Source: Deltaproteobacteria bacterium (lineage in GTDB: Bacteria > Desulfobacterota > JADFXK01). From it: 47,175 nucleotides of DNA. Shown in pieces: positions 1 to 9,661 of the stretch (positions within the stretch are counted from its first letter, which is position 1; every line of letters starts with the position of its first letter). The translations under genes were made by a program, and so were the position numbers. The notes under the pieces are model-generated. The model was not told the DNA's origin. It ran no database searches and saw only the letters and a program-made list of their open reading frames with translations. Location: NCBI GenBank assembly GCA_015233055.1, contig JADFYN010000004.1, forward strand, positions 2,039-49,213, in the 5' to 3' direction.

Positions 1-106
1 TTACCGGGTGGTGACCTAGACCGGTAACCCTAACCCCTAGCTCCTACTCCGTAACAGTTAATGAAACCTCCCAAGCTGCGCGTCGATAGTTTAAGGAGAT
101 AACTCG

Positions 107-3100
107 ATGGATTTTGATAGATCGTTGATTGACGAGTTTGTGGCCGAGGCTAAAGAACATTTAGAGACCATTGAAGATGATTTCCTCGATTTGGAGAAAC
201 AGAAGGACAACCCGGATTATACCCTGGTAGACAAAGTGTTTCGCGCCATTCATTCCATCAAGGGCGGTGCCGGTTTCATCGGCCTTAATAATATAAATGA
301 TTTGTCCCACAATATGGAGACGTTGTTGTCGATGATGCGGTCGGGGGATATCAAACCCGAATCCCGGTTCATCGATACCTTACTGGCTGGGGTGGATCTG
401 CTCAGCACGCTGCTTGATGATGTGGAGAACAGTAACGAGATCGACATCTCCGAAATCAGAGACCGGCTGACCGCATTGCTGGCCAAGGAAATCTCGCCGG
501 AAACCAAAACTGAACTCGACACCAATGTCCCCCTGACTAATGGCGGAGGGCGTGATCTGGGTTTTCAAGTAAACGAATTTACCCTAAGGAATATAACCGC
601 CACCAAAAAATATCTCTATGTCTTGAAGTACGATTTGAATATCTTGGCTCAGCAACAGGCCAAGAGCCCGGTGGCCTTGATCAAGGCTCTGTTAAGCACC
701 GGGGAAATCGTGGATGCCAGGATCGAAACATCCGGTGATGACCTCCGGGCCGGCTTGCCCACAGGCCCGTTACTCTACGAAGTGTTGTACGCCTCCATTA
801 TCGAACCGGATATCATTCAGTTGGCCACGGGAGTATCGCCGGACAATATCATAAACGTGAACCTGGCCGGAATACAGCCGGCAGCCACGGCGAGGCCTGC
901 TCCAGCGGCTCCCGAACCAATGACGGCACTTGTTCCCCTAGTCCCCCAGGCCGCACTTGTCAGTGCCATAAATGATTCATCGGAAAAAAAACAACTGACG
1001 ATCAGAGACGAGAAAATACTGTCTGGAGATGTGGATCGGATGCCTGACCTGGATACCGAAGGCGAAGACCAAGAAGCCAGGCCCGAATCCGTGAATGGGG
1101 ATCGGGACGCGGATTTGGCCGCAGCCGCTAAAATAAAAGGGGAGCGGCCGGGAACCATTCGGATCACTGTAGATATTCTCGACAAACTGATGATGTTGGC
1201 CGGAGAATTGGTCTTGGTCCGGAATCAACAATTGCTGGCCGTGGATAAAACCGATCCTGTTGCCCGTTCCGTGGTGCAACGGCTCGACATTGTGACCTCA
1301 GAGCTGCAAGAAAGCATCATGCGCACCCGAATGCAGCCCATCGGGAATGTTTTTGGCAAATTTCCCCGGATCGTCCGGGAGCTGGGCAAAAAACTGGGCA
1401 AGCGGATCGAGATTACTATTTATGGCAATGAAGTGGAGCTGGATAAAACCATCCTGGAATCCCTGGCCGATCCATTGACCCATTTGATTCGGAACGCCTG
1501 TGACCATGGCATTGAACCTCCCGATGTTCGAGCTAAATCCCGGAAACCGGAAACCGGGCATGTTGTCCTGCGGGCCTCCCACGAGGCCGGCCAGATCAAC
1601 ATTGAAATCAGAGACGACGGCCGGGGGATAAGCGCCGATAAGGTCAAAAAGAAGATTCTGGAGAAAAAGCTCAAAGGGGAAGTGGAACTGGCCCAACTGA
1701 GCGAAAAAGAGATATTGAGCTATATTCTGTTGCCCGGTTTTTCCACGGTGGAGGCGGTGAGCGATGTTTCCGGCCGAGGCGTGGGCATGGATGTGGTCAA
1801 ATCCAGTATTGAGAAACTGGGCGGCACCCTGGATCTGGAATCCAGACCGGGCGAGGGGACGGCGGTTTTACTCCGGCTGCCCTTGACCCTGGCCATTATT
1901 CCCTGTCTTATCGTAATGATGGGTGATTATCGATATGCCATTCCCCAGGTCAATCTGGAAGAGCTGGTCTGCTTATATGACGAAGACGTGGTGACCAAGG
2001 TCGAGTATGCCGGAGATAAGGAAGTGTTTCGGCTTCGGGATCGGCTCTTACCGCTGGTCCGGCTGGGGGAAATTTTGAAAAGGCCCCAACCCTTTACCGA
2101 GGATATCCGGGCCGAGATTTCGGAGAGCCATCGGCGGGAGTATGAACAAGCGTATCAGGAATATCTGAATGTTAAGAAGTCAGGGAAAGATTCGGAAGTC
2201 TATTTTTCCCGGTCGCTGAACTTCTGTGTCTTGAAGGTCGGGGCCAACCGGTTTGGTTTGATCATCGACCGGGTGATCGGCACCGAGGAGATAGTGGTCA
2301 AACCCATGCATCCCGCGGTTAAGTCCTTGAGCATCTATTCAGGCGCCACGGTCATGGGCGATGGACGGGTGGCCTTGATCCTCGATATTGAGGGAATTGC
2401 CAAGCATGGGGGCATCTCTCTGGAGGGCGCGGCTGAAGAGATCATTGACCAGCTCGACAAGGGGGCCGGTGATCAAGAAACTCAAACCGTCTTGTTGTTC
2501 AAGAATGGACCGGAGGAACAATTTGCCGTGGCCTTACCGTTGGTCAAGCGGGTGGAGCGGGTCGAGGCCGCCAAGATTGAACGGGTGGGGCAACGGGAAT
2601 ACGTGACCATCGATGGGGTATCTACACTTATTTTGCGGTTGCATGACCATCTGAATGTCAACCCCACGGTCGAACGAGAGGAAATGTTTCTGCTCTTACC
2701 CAAACATATCAAGAAACCCTTCGGCATTTTAATGTCCAGCATCATTGACATCGAAGAGACGTCCATTGAAATGAATACGGAAAGCTATATGGAAGACGGC
2801 CTCTTGGGTACGGATATCTTGCGGGGCCACATGACTTTGTTTATCGATATCTACCGGCTGATCGAAAAGGCGGAGCCGGAGTGGTTTTCTGAGCGCCGGT
2901 TGAGGACGCCGCCGCCGGAACAGGTGCGACGCATATTATTGGTGGAAGACGCCTCCTTTTTCAGACATCTGGTCAAAGGCTATCTGGAGGCGGACGGGTA
3001 TGAAGTGGTCATGGCTGAAAACGGCCAGATCGGCCTGGATAAGTTCAATGAAATTAATTTTGATCTGGTGGTGTCCGATATCAATATGCCCGTTATGGAC

Positions 3101-3289
3101 GGGTGGGAAATGGTGAGAAAAATTCGAAGTGGCCTAAAGAATCGTGATGTCTCGACCATCGCCTTAACGGCCCTGGACTCGGATGAAGACCGGGACAAAG
3201 CCAAAAAAGTCGGATTCAACTGGTATCGAACTAAAATTGACCGTGAACTCCTCCTTACCACTGTGGCTGAAGCTATGCAAAAAGTGTAG
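107..3289 (+). CDS. cheA: Hybrid chemotaxis histidine kinase CheA (Hpt, dimerisation, HATPase, two CheW-like segments, C-terminal receiver)
   Basis: 1060-aa ORF. Hpt motif HSIKGGAGF. HATPase blocks HLIRNACDHGIE, DDGRGI and GRGVGMD. Two CheW-like segments. REC with LLVEDA and VVSDINMP. AAGGAG lies 8 nt before the ATG. Confidence 0.95.
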   Translation: MDFDRSLIDEFVAEAKEHLETIEDDFLDLEKQKDNPDYTLVDKVFRAIHSIKGGAGFIGLNNINDLSHNMETLLSMMRSGDIKPESRFIDTLLAGVDLLSTLLDDVENSNEIDISEIRDRLTALLAKEISPETKTELDTNVPLTNGGGRDLGFQVNEFTLRNITATKKYLYVLKYDLNILAQQQAKSPVALIKALLSTGEIVDARIETSGDDLRAGLPTGPLLYEVLYASIIEPDIIQLATGVSPDNIINVNLAGIQPAATARPAPAAPEPMTALVPLVPQAALVSAINDSSEKKQLTIRDEKILSGDVDRMPDLDTEGEDQEARPESVNGDRDADLAAAAKIKGERPGTIRITVDILDKLMMLAGELVLVRNQQLLAVDKTDPVARSVVQRLDIVTSELQESIMRTRMQPIGNVFGKFPRIVRELGKKLGKRIEITIYGNEVELDKTILESLADPLTHLIRNACDHGIEPPDVRAKSRKPETGHVVLRASHEAGQINIEIRDDGRGISADKVKKKILEKKLKGEVELAQLSEKEILSYILLPGFSTVEAVSDVSGRGVGMDVVKSSIEKLGGTLDLESRPGEGTAVLLRLPLTLAIIPCLIVMMGDYRYAIPQVNLEELVCLYDEDVVTKVEYAGDKEVFRLRDRLLPLVRLGEILKRPQPFTEDIRAEISESHRREYEQAYQEYLNVKKSGKDSEVYFSRSLNFCVLKVGANRFGLIIDRVIGTEEIVVKPMHPAVKSLSIYSGATVMGDGRVALILDIEGIAKHGGISLEGAAEEIIDQLDKGAGDQETQTVLLFKNGPEEQFAVALPLVKRVERVEAAKIERVGQREYVTIDGVSTLILRLHDHLNVNPTVEREEMFLLLPKHIKKPFGILMSSIIDIEETSIEMNTESYMEDGLLGTDILRGHMTLFIDIYRLIEKAEPEWFSERRLRTPPPEQVRRILLVEDASFFRHLVKGYLEADGYEVVMAENGQIGLDKFNEINFDLVVSDINMPVMDGWEMVRKIRSGLKNRDVSTIALTALDSDEDRDKAKKVGFNWYRTKIDRELLLTTVAEAMQKV

Positions 3290-3313
3290 GGGACCGGAAA
3301 GGAGTCTTATTTG

Positions 3314-3811
3314 ATGGAAGCTGTCAGAAGCGATGAAGTCTTTGAGACGGAAAGGAAGCGGCAGTTTTGCTCCTTTTGGCTGTCCGGACGCCTGTTCGGG
3401 GTAGATATCCTGGATGTCAAAGAAATTAATTCCGAAATCACCTTCACCCCGATTTTTCATGCCTCTAAAGAAGTTAAGGGATATGTCAACATCCGAGGTC
3501 AGATCCATCTGGTCATCGACCTGCGGTTGTTGCTGGGTTTTGAGCGGGCTGACGACGTCGACGGCCGGAGGCTGATAATTTTCAAAACCAAGGTGGGAGA
3601 GCCGTTCGGGGTTCAGGTGGATCGAATTGGAGATGTGGTTGAGGTGACCGAAGGCCAGATCGAACAGCGGACAAAGGTTGATGATAAGCTGGATCGGATT
3701 GTCGACGCCGGGGACGTGATCGAGGGCGTCTGCAAGCTCAAAGACCGTCTGCTGGTTATTTTGAATGCCAAGAGTTTCTTGCGAATCATAGAAAAAGGCA
3801 GGAGCCGCTAA
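3314..3811 (+). CDS. cheW: Chemotaxis coupling protein CheW
   Basis: CheW-like domain throughout (FCSFWLSGRLFGVDILDVKEI...NIRGQIHLVIDLR). The ATG at 3314 sits 9 nt after AGGAG. The ORF-track start at 3311 is a TTG one codon earlier. Confidence 0.92.
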   Translation: MEAVRSDEVFETERKRQFCSFWLSGRLFGVDILDVKEINSEITFTPIFHASKEVKGYVNIRGQIHLVIDLRLLLGFERADDVDGRRLIIFKTKVGEPFGVQVDRIGDVVEVTEGQIEQRTKVDDKLDRIVDAGDVIEGVCKLKDRLLVILNAKSFLRIIEKGRSR

Positions 3812-3865
3812 CTCGAAAACCCCAACGTTTTTGATGAGACAACCATATTTTTTAGGGAGGAATGA

Positions 3866-5995
3866 ATGAGCAATTTGAAACTGGCGACTCGAATCGGTCT
3901 GGGCTTTGGCGTATTGATTTTATTGGCGGTGGCGCTTGGTACCCTGGCGGTGGTTAATATGAAATCCGCCGAACGCCGGGCCGCGGAATTGGCTCAGGAA
4001 TACATGCCGGAAGTGGATATAGTCACCGACCTTGAATCAAATTTTAGGGAGATGAGGTTCGGCGTTCGGGGATATTCCCTATCTCGAAATGAGGATTATC
4101 TTAATACCGCCATGGCGAGTTTGGCTAAAATTAAAAAGAATATTCAAGATTGCAAAGAGTTGTCTAACAAATACGTTGAATTGACTAAATTGCGGGAAAA
4201 TTTGGGCAAGATTGATAGTGGCATTGGAACGTATGAGAAACTGATCAGTGAAACCGTGACCCGAGTTAAAGAGATCATTGAAATTCGGAAACGGCTGGAT
4301 GCCTCGGCCAAGAAATATATAGAGCAGTGTAATGGGTATCTCGCCCACGAAAATGAAATGTTTGAAAAGGAAATCAAGGCGCGGGCTGAATCCGCCGGCG
4401 CCCTAGATCGTTTTAAGAAAATTAATACAATGAATGAAATAGTAGGATTGGGAAATTACATCCGCATTTCAAATTTTAAGGCCCAGGCAAATAACGACGT
4501 TAAGATGTTGCATGAAGTTTTGAAAGCTTTTTCTGATATTGACAGGAAGCTTGATGAGCTTAAGCCCGTGACCACCCGAGAGGCCGACCTTAAGACCCTG
4601 GCCGAGGTGAGGACAGCGGCTCAAGAATATAAACAAGCTGTGATTGACTACATTAAGAACCAGGAAGAACAGGACGAATCGAACAAAAAACGTAATGTTG
4701 TGGCTGATGAGCTTCTAAAAATGGCCTCGGAAACCTCCGACGGCGGGCTGAAGAAAGCTACGGAACGGGCCAATCACTCCATGGCCACTTTGTCCCAAGC
4801 CTCAATGGTGATGATCATCGGGTTGATCGTGGCTATTATTTTGGGCGTCATCATCGCCATCGGTATCGCTAAAGGAATTATCAACCCGATTGGTAAAGTG
4901 GTGGATCTGGCCAACGCCATTGCGGCCGGCGACCTGACCAACCGGCTGAACATGACCACCAAGGATGAAATCGGCGATATGGCCCGCGCTTTAGATAAGT
5001 CGAGCGACCAGTTGGTCTCCATGATCAGGCTGATTCAGGAAAACGCCAAGAGCCTGGCCTCCCAATCGGAGGAGTTGTCCACCGTGTCTTCCACCCTGGT
5101 GGCCAATTCGGAACAAATGACCGCCCAGTCCAACAACGTGGCCGGGGCTACGGAACAGATGTCTACCAATATTAATACCATGGCCTCTGCGGCGGAAGAG
5201 ATGAGCGTCAATATCGCCACCGTGTCCTCGGCTGCGGAGCAAATGTCCCAAAACATGAACACCGTGGCCAGCGCCATAGAAGAGATGACGATGTCCATAA
5301 ACGATGTCTCTAAAAGTGCTGAAGATGGGGCCAAGATCTCTAAAAAAGCCACCAAAATGTCGGCAGAGGCGACCACGACCATGAATACCTTAGGCGGTGC
5401 GGCCCATGCCATCGGTAAGGTGACCGAAGTGATCAAGCGGATTGCCGAGCAGACCAATCTCCTGGCCCTGAATGCCACCATCGAGGCCGCCTCGGCCGGC
5501 GACGCGGGAAAGGGGTTTGCCGTCGTGGCCAATGAGATCAAAGAACTGGCCAATCAAAGCGCCCAGGCCGCGGAAGACATCGCCAATAAGATTGAAGGAG
5601 TCCAACTGAATACCAAAGAGGCGGTCGAAGTCATCAAGCAGGTGTCTGAGATTATCAACAATATTAGTGAATCAGTCGAAATCATTTCCACTTCCGTAGA
5701 TCAGCAAACCAAGGCGGCCAATGAGATTTCATCCAACGTTTCCCAGGCGGCCACCGGGGTGAACGACATCGCCGGCTCCATTGCCGAAGTGGCCAAGGGT
5801 GCCAATGATATGTCCCGGAATGTGGGGGAAGCGGCTAAGGGGGCCAATGAAGTGTCGGCTAATATCCAGGGGGTCAGCCAGGCCTCGGTGGACAGCAACT
5901 CCAGCGCCCGTCAGGTTAACCTGTCTGCCTCGGAATTAGCCAAAGTTGCCGGTCAATTGTCCGAAGTGGCCAACAAGTTCAGGATCAGCCGGTAA
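3866..5995 (+). CDS. Methyl-accepting chemotaxis protein (two TM segments, ~270-aa helical periplasmic region, HAMP, MA domain)
   Basis: 709-aa ORF. It carries the signalling hairpin [38 protein letters not shown] and a HAMP-like segment ([21 protein letters not shown]). GGGAGG RBS. Confidence 0.95.
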   Translation: MSNLKLATRIGLGFGVLILLAVALGTLAVVNMKSAERRAAELAQEYMPEVDIVTDLESNFREMRFGVRGYSLSRNEDYLNTAMASLAKIKKNIQDCKELSNKYVELTKLRENLGKIDSGIGTYEKLISETVTRVKEIIEIRKRLDASAKKYIEQCNGYLAHENEMFEKEIKARAESAGALDRFKKINTMNEIVGLGNYIRISNFKAQANNDVKMLHEVLKAFSDIDRKLDELKPVTTREADLKTLAEVRTAAQEYKQAVIDYIKNQEEQDESNKKRNVVADELLKMASETSDGGLKKATERANHSMATLSQASMVMIIGLIVAIILGVIIAIGIAKGIINPIGKVVDLANAIAAGDLTNRLNMTTKDEIGDMARALDKSSDQLVSMIRLIQENAKSLASQSEELSTVSSTLVANSEQMTAQSNNVAGATEQMSTNINTMASAAEEMSVNIATVSSAAEQMSQNMNTVASAIEEMTMSINDVSKSAEDGAKISKKATKMSAEATTTMNTLGGAAHAIGKVTEVIKRIAEQTNLLALNATIEAASAGDAGKGFAVVANEIKELANQSAQAAEDIANKIEGVQLNTKEAVEVIKQVSEIINNISESVEIISTSVDQQTKAANEISSNVSQAATGVNDIAGSIAEVAKGANDMSRNVGEAAKGANEVSANIQGVSQASVDSNSSARQVNLSASELAKVAGQLSEVANKFRISR

Positions 5996-6152
5996 CAAGT
6001 AACACACCGGCCGAGAATGTCTTAGACCAAACCCAGGGCGGCGTCTGATCGTCCCTGGCCTAACCTATGGAACTTCTTCGGACTATGGCCAGGTTGTAGT
6101 ATTCTATATACGCCAGGCCGGCCGCAATCCGGAGGGGATAACAATTGGAGAT

Positions 6153-7271
6153 ATGGGCAATTTCATGGCTGAAAGACTTAAGATATTAATCATTGACGAT
6201 TCAATAATTTTTCGTAATGCCATCGCCAGCGCCCTATCCGGCGAAAACGATATCGAGGTGACCGGGACGGCCCATAACGGGGCCAGGGGCATCGAATTAA
6301 TTAAGCTGAAACCTCCCGATTTGGTGACCTGTGACGTAGAAATGCCGGTCATGGATGGTTTGGCGACACTTAAGGCCATCCAGGAGTATAATGCCGCCCA
6401 CCCGGACCTGCCCGACATTGGGGTGATCATGGTCAGTTCGGTCACCACCAAAGGGGCTGAGGTTACGATTAATGCCTTGGAGTACGGGGCCTTCGATTTT
6501 GTGACCAAACCCGATGGAAAGAACTCCCAGGAAAACACGGCCTATTTACGGCGGCAGTTGCTGGTGAAAATTCGACTGTTCGCCTTGAGACGGTCTGCCG
6601 CGGCTCAAAGGAAAAAGGCCCAGGCCTCCAGTCTCGCAGCCCAACTACCCCCTCCGCCGTCTCGGGCGACTCCTGCTTCCGTTCCTGCCGGCCAGATCAA
6701 AGCCGTTATCATCGGTGTCTCCACGGGTGGCCCCCGGGCTTTGTCGGCAATTATGCCGGAGTTATCCAACACGATTGAGTTGCCTATTTTTATCGTGCAA
6801 CATATGCCCCCGACCTTTACCCAGTCGCTGGCGGAAAGCCTCAATAACAAATGCCGCCATCAGGTAATCGAAGGCCGCCATAACGACATAGTTGATAACG
6901 GCTGGGCCTATATTGCTCCGGGCGGCCGCCACATGTTGGTCAGAAAGAATACCTTGGGTCAGGTTATGACGACCATTAACGATCAGCCGCCGGAAAACGG
7001 GTGCCGGCCTTCCGTGGACGTCCTGTTCAGGTCTGCCGCGGCTGCTTACGGAGGTGACGTCGTGGCCATTATTCTTACCGGGATGGGCAATGACGGGACC
7101 AAGAGTCTGGGCCCGCTGAAACGGGCCGGCGCCTATGTTATCGCCCAAGATGAAGCCACCAGTGTGGTTTGGGGCATGCCGGGATCGGCCGTGGCCTCCG
7201 GTCAGGTGGATGATGTCCTGCCGTTGGATAAGATCCCGACTGCGGTGGGCAGACTAACCGGGAAGAGATGA
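6153..7271 (+). CDS. cheB: Chemotaxis response regulator protein-glutamate methylesterase CheB
   Basis: N-terminal REC (IIDDS, DVEMPVMDG). Methylesterase triad contexts GVSTGGP, QHMPPTFT and TGMGNDG. The start is uncertain between 6153 and 6165. Confidence 0.92.
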   Translation: MGNFMAERLKILIIDDSIIFRNAIASALSGENDIEVTGTAHNGARGIELIKLKPPDLVTCDVEMPVMDGLATLKAIQEYNAAHPDLPDIGVIMVSSVTTKGAEVTINALEYGAFDFVTKPDGKNSQENTAYLRRQLLVKIRLFALRRSAAAQRKKAQASSLAAQLPPPPSRATPASVPAGQIKAVIIGVSTGGPRALSAIMPELSNTIELPIFIVQHMPPTFTQSLAESLNNKCRHQVIEGRHNDIVDNGWAYIAPGGRHMLVRKNTLGQVMTTINDQPPENGCRPSVDVLFRSAAAAYGGDVVAIILTGMGNDGTKSLGPLKRAGAYVIAQDEATSVVWGMPGSAVASGQVDDVLPLDKIPTAVGRLTGKR

Positions 7272-7281
7272 GTTATCGGGA

Positions 7282-8190
7282 ATGGAACTGTCACAGGCGG
7301 ATTTTCAAAATATAAGAGAATACATTTACAAGATTTGTGGCTTGGACATAAAAGAAGACAAGAAGTACCTTATCCGTCAGAGATTGGGAACGCTCGTCTT
7401 GGATGCAGGCTGCAAAAGTTTTGCCGAGTTCAACGAGAGACTGGTGAGAGAGAATTCGGCTCCAATGAAGGACAAGGTAATTGGAGCCATCACCACCAAT
7501 GAGACATCGTTTTTCCGGGACAAACACCCGTTTGATACCTTTAAGAATTATATCCTGCCCATACTCGGCGAACTGATCAAGGTCAGAAAAAGCCGTTCCA
7601 TGGACATCAAAGGGCCAAAGGTACGCATTTGGTGTGCGGCGGCTTCAACCGGCCAGGAGCCATACAGCCTGGCCATTCTAATCCATGAGTACGTCCAGCT
7701 CTGTCGTTTATTTGGAATTTCAACCAGCGACTTCGGGATTCAGGCTACGGATATCTCACCGGAAGTCCTGGCCAAGGCCATTGCCGGAGAATATAACGCC
7801 GTAGAAGTCTCACGCGGGTTGACCCCGGATCAGCGGGCCAAGTACTTCGTCAAGGCAGGAAACTCGTTGGTCATTCAGAGCTGGATTCGGAGTATGGTTG
7901 ATTTTCGCCGGGCCAACCTGATTGAGCCATTCATGTTGTTTGGTAACTTTGACGTCATCTTATGTCGAAACGTCTTGATTTATTTTGACGACGAGACAAA
8001 AAAAAAGATTCTCGACAAGTTTTTTAATTCCTTGAACGAAAATGGCTTGTTGATGCTTGGGGCGTCGGAGAACATGTTTACGCTGACTAGTAAGTTTCAG
8101 CCCATCCGCGTTGGCGACACGAACCTGTATCAGAAGAAGTGTTCCCCTCCATCCAACCTTCCACCGGTTCAACCCAAATTTAAGTCTTGA
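7282..8190 (+). CDS. cheR: Chemotaxis protein methyltransferase CheR
   Basis: CheR N- and SAM-binding domains (TNETSFFRD, RIWCAAASTGQEPYSLAI, ILCRNVLIYFD). Confidence 0.92.
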   Translation: MELSQADFQNIREYIYKICGLDIKEDKKYLIRQRLGTLVLDAGCKSFAEFNERLVRENSAPMKDKVIGAITTNETSFFRDKHPFDTFKNYILPILGELIKVRKSRSMDIKGPKVRIWCAAASTGQEPYSLAILIHEYVQLCRLFGISTSDFGIQATDISPEVLAKAIAGEYNAVEVSRGLTPDQRAKYFVKAGNSLVIQSWIRSMVDFRRANLIEPFMLFGNFDVILCRNVLIYFDDETKKKILDKFFNSLNENGLLMLGASENMFTLTSKFQPIRVGDTNLYQKKCSPPSNLPPVQPKFKS

Positions 8191-8226
8191 TTCCAGCCCG
8201 GACGCGCGAAGGAAAGGCCGCCGGTT

Positions 8227-8257
8227 TCAAGAAGGTTTCGGTCTCAAGAAGGTTTCG
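8227..8257. repeat. Tandem direct repeat TCAAGAAGGTTTCG x2 (period 17) in the convergent cheR/gmd spacer
   Basis: Read directly. Identical 14-mers lie at 8227-8240 and 8244-8257, separated by gtc. Confidence 0.6.
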
Positions 8258-8261
8258 ATAG

Positions 8262-9245
8262 TTATGAATTGACTCTGGCCGCATAGTATTTCAGGTCGTG
8301 GGCAACCATTTCTTGAATCAATGATTTGAAGTCAATGGTGCTTTCCCAGCCCAGGATTTGTTTGGCTTTGGTCGCATCTCCAACCATTAAGACCGCGTCC
8401 TGGAATTTGCCGAGGCCGGTGTCTGTTTCCAGGTACTTGTAAGGGTCCAATCCGCAGTAATCAAAAGCAATTTCTAAGCAATCCCGGACAGAATGGGTTG
8501 TCCCGGTGGCGATGACGTAATCATCGGGTTTATCTTGCTGAAGCATTAGCCACATGGCGCGCACATACTCCCGGCTGTGGCCCCAGTCGCGTCTGGCCTC
8601 TATATTGCCCAGCCCTATTTTGTCCTTAATCCCCAACTTGATCTGGGCGGCATGGGCGGTTATTTTTCTGGTCACAAACGCGGCGCCGCGGCGGGGAGAT
8701 TCGTGATTGTATAAGATCCCGCAACTGGCGTGCAATCCGTGCCTTTCCCGGTAATACTTGGTCATAAAATAGCCGGTGACCTTGGAAATTCCATAGGGTG
8801 ACCGGGGATTGAAGGGAGTGTGTTCGGTCTGGGGGGGCTCCCTCGCGTTGCCGAACATCTCACTTGAGCCGGCGAAAAAGAGCCTGGTCTTGGGGCAGAG
8901 CAGGAGGAGGGCGGATAGGATATTCTGAATGCCCAGGATATTGATTTGGGTTACGGCAAACTCTTCCTCCAGGGACGAGCCGACCTGACTGTAGCCACCC
9001 AGATGGTAACACTCGTCTGGGCGAGTTTTCTCCAAGGCGGCAAATATGCTGGGAAAACTTTCCAGAGAGCCGTAATGTAATTGTATCTTATCCAGTACCT
9101 GGCTGAGGTTGCCGAACCGGTGTTCCGGGTGTTCATCAGCCGTCCGGCGGACAAAGCCATGGACCTGATAACCCTGGGAGAGCAAAAGTTCGGCCAGATA
9201 CGAACCATCTTGCCCGGATATTCCGGTGATAAAGGCTTTTTTCAA
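8262..9245 (-). CDS. gmd: GDP-mannose 4,6-dehydratase
   Basis: ITGISGQDGSYLAELLL Rossmann motif and SDR-type YGISK. The start is reassigned to the TTG at 9245, preceded by AGGAGATCAAAA. The longer track ORF (to 9287) adds a non-homologous leader. Confidence 0.9.
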   Translation of the reverse strand: MKKAFITGISGQDGSYLAELLLSQGYQVHGFVRRTADEHPEHRFGNLSQVLDKIQLHYGSLESFPSIFAALEKTRPDECYHLGGYSQVGSSLEEEFAVTQINILGIQNILSALLLLCPKTRLFFAGSSEMFGNAREPPQTEHTPFNPRSPYGISKVTGYFMTKYYRERHGLHASCGILYNHESPRRGAAFVTRKITAHAAQIKLGIKDKIGLGNIEARRDWGHSREYVRAMWLMLQQDKPDDYVIATGTTHSVRDCLEIAFDYCGLDPYKYLETDTGLGKFQDAVLMVGDATKAKQILGWESTIDFKSLIQEMVAHDLKYYAARVNS

Positions 9246-9293
9246 TTTTGATCTCCTATATAGAAATGGCGCCGCACACTGGTCCACTGGTGG

Positions 9294-9641
9294 TTAGATG
9301 TGACTACCATCGAAGCACACGACCCCGTTTTCAACAGCTTCCCGAGCCAATGAATTAGCAATTTGTTTCGTGTTATCCAGTTCTTGGGGAGTCATGATGA
9401 ACACGTCTAATGAGAAAGTTGGATGTCTGAATAATCTATAGATGTCCAACTCGATCTCCCGCTTGGATTTTGGTCCGGAATATACCACGACCAGATCAAT
9501 ATCGCTTTCATGGCCGGCCGTACCTTTGGCTCGGGAGCCGAATAGAATTATTTGCTCAGGTCTAATTGCTTCAGCAATTCGTTGAACCACACTGCAGACC
9601 AGTTGGTCCTCTTGTCGGATCGACGCCGGTTCACTCGTCAT
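9294..9641 (-). CDS. Minimal nucleotidyltransferase (MNT / Pol-beta superfamily), solitary
   Basis: 115 aa with the motif FGSRAKGTAGHESDIDLVVV and a third acidic residue in SLDVFIMT. There is no room for a HEPN partner on either side. Confidence 0.8.
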   Translation of the reverse strand: MTSEPASIRQEDQLVCSVVQRIAEAIRPEQIILFGSRAKGTAGHESDIDLVVVYSGPKSKREIELDIYRLFRHPTFSLDVFIMTPQELDNTKQIANSLAREAVENGVVCFDGSHI

Positions 9642-9661
9642 CGTCGCCCTTCCTTAATTTC

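Noticed and set aside
1-27. An inverted repeat, TTACCGG-N13-CCGGTAA, at the window edge.
   Set aside because: The context is truncated and there is no U-run. It cannot be assigned as a terminator or operator without the upstream sequence.
62-89. A sigma28 (FliA)-like promoter, TGAAACCT-N12-GTCGATAG, upstream of cheA.
   Set aside because: It matches only about 10 of 16 consensus positions and the spacer is off by one. The implied start site would fall inside the cheA Shine-Dalgarno sequence.
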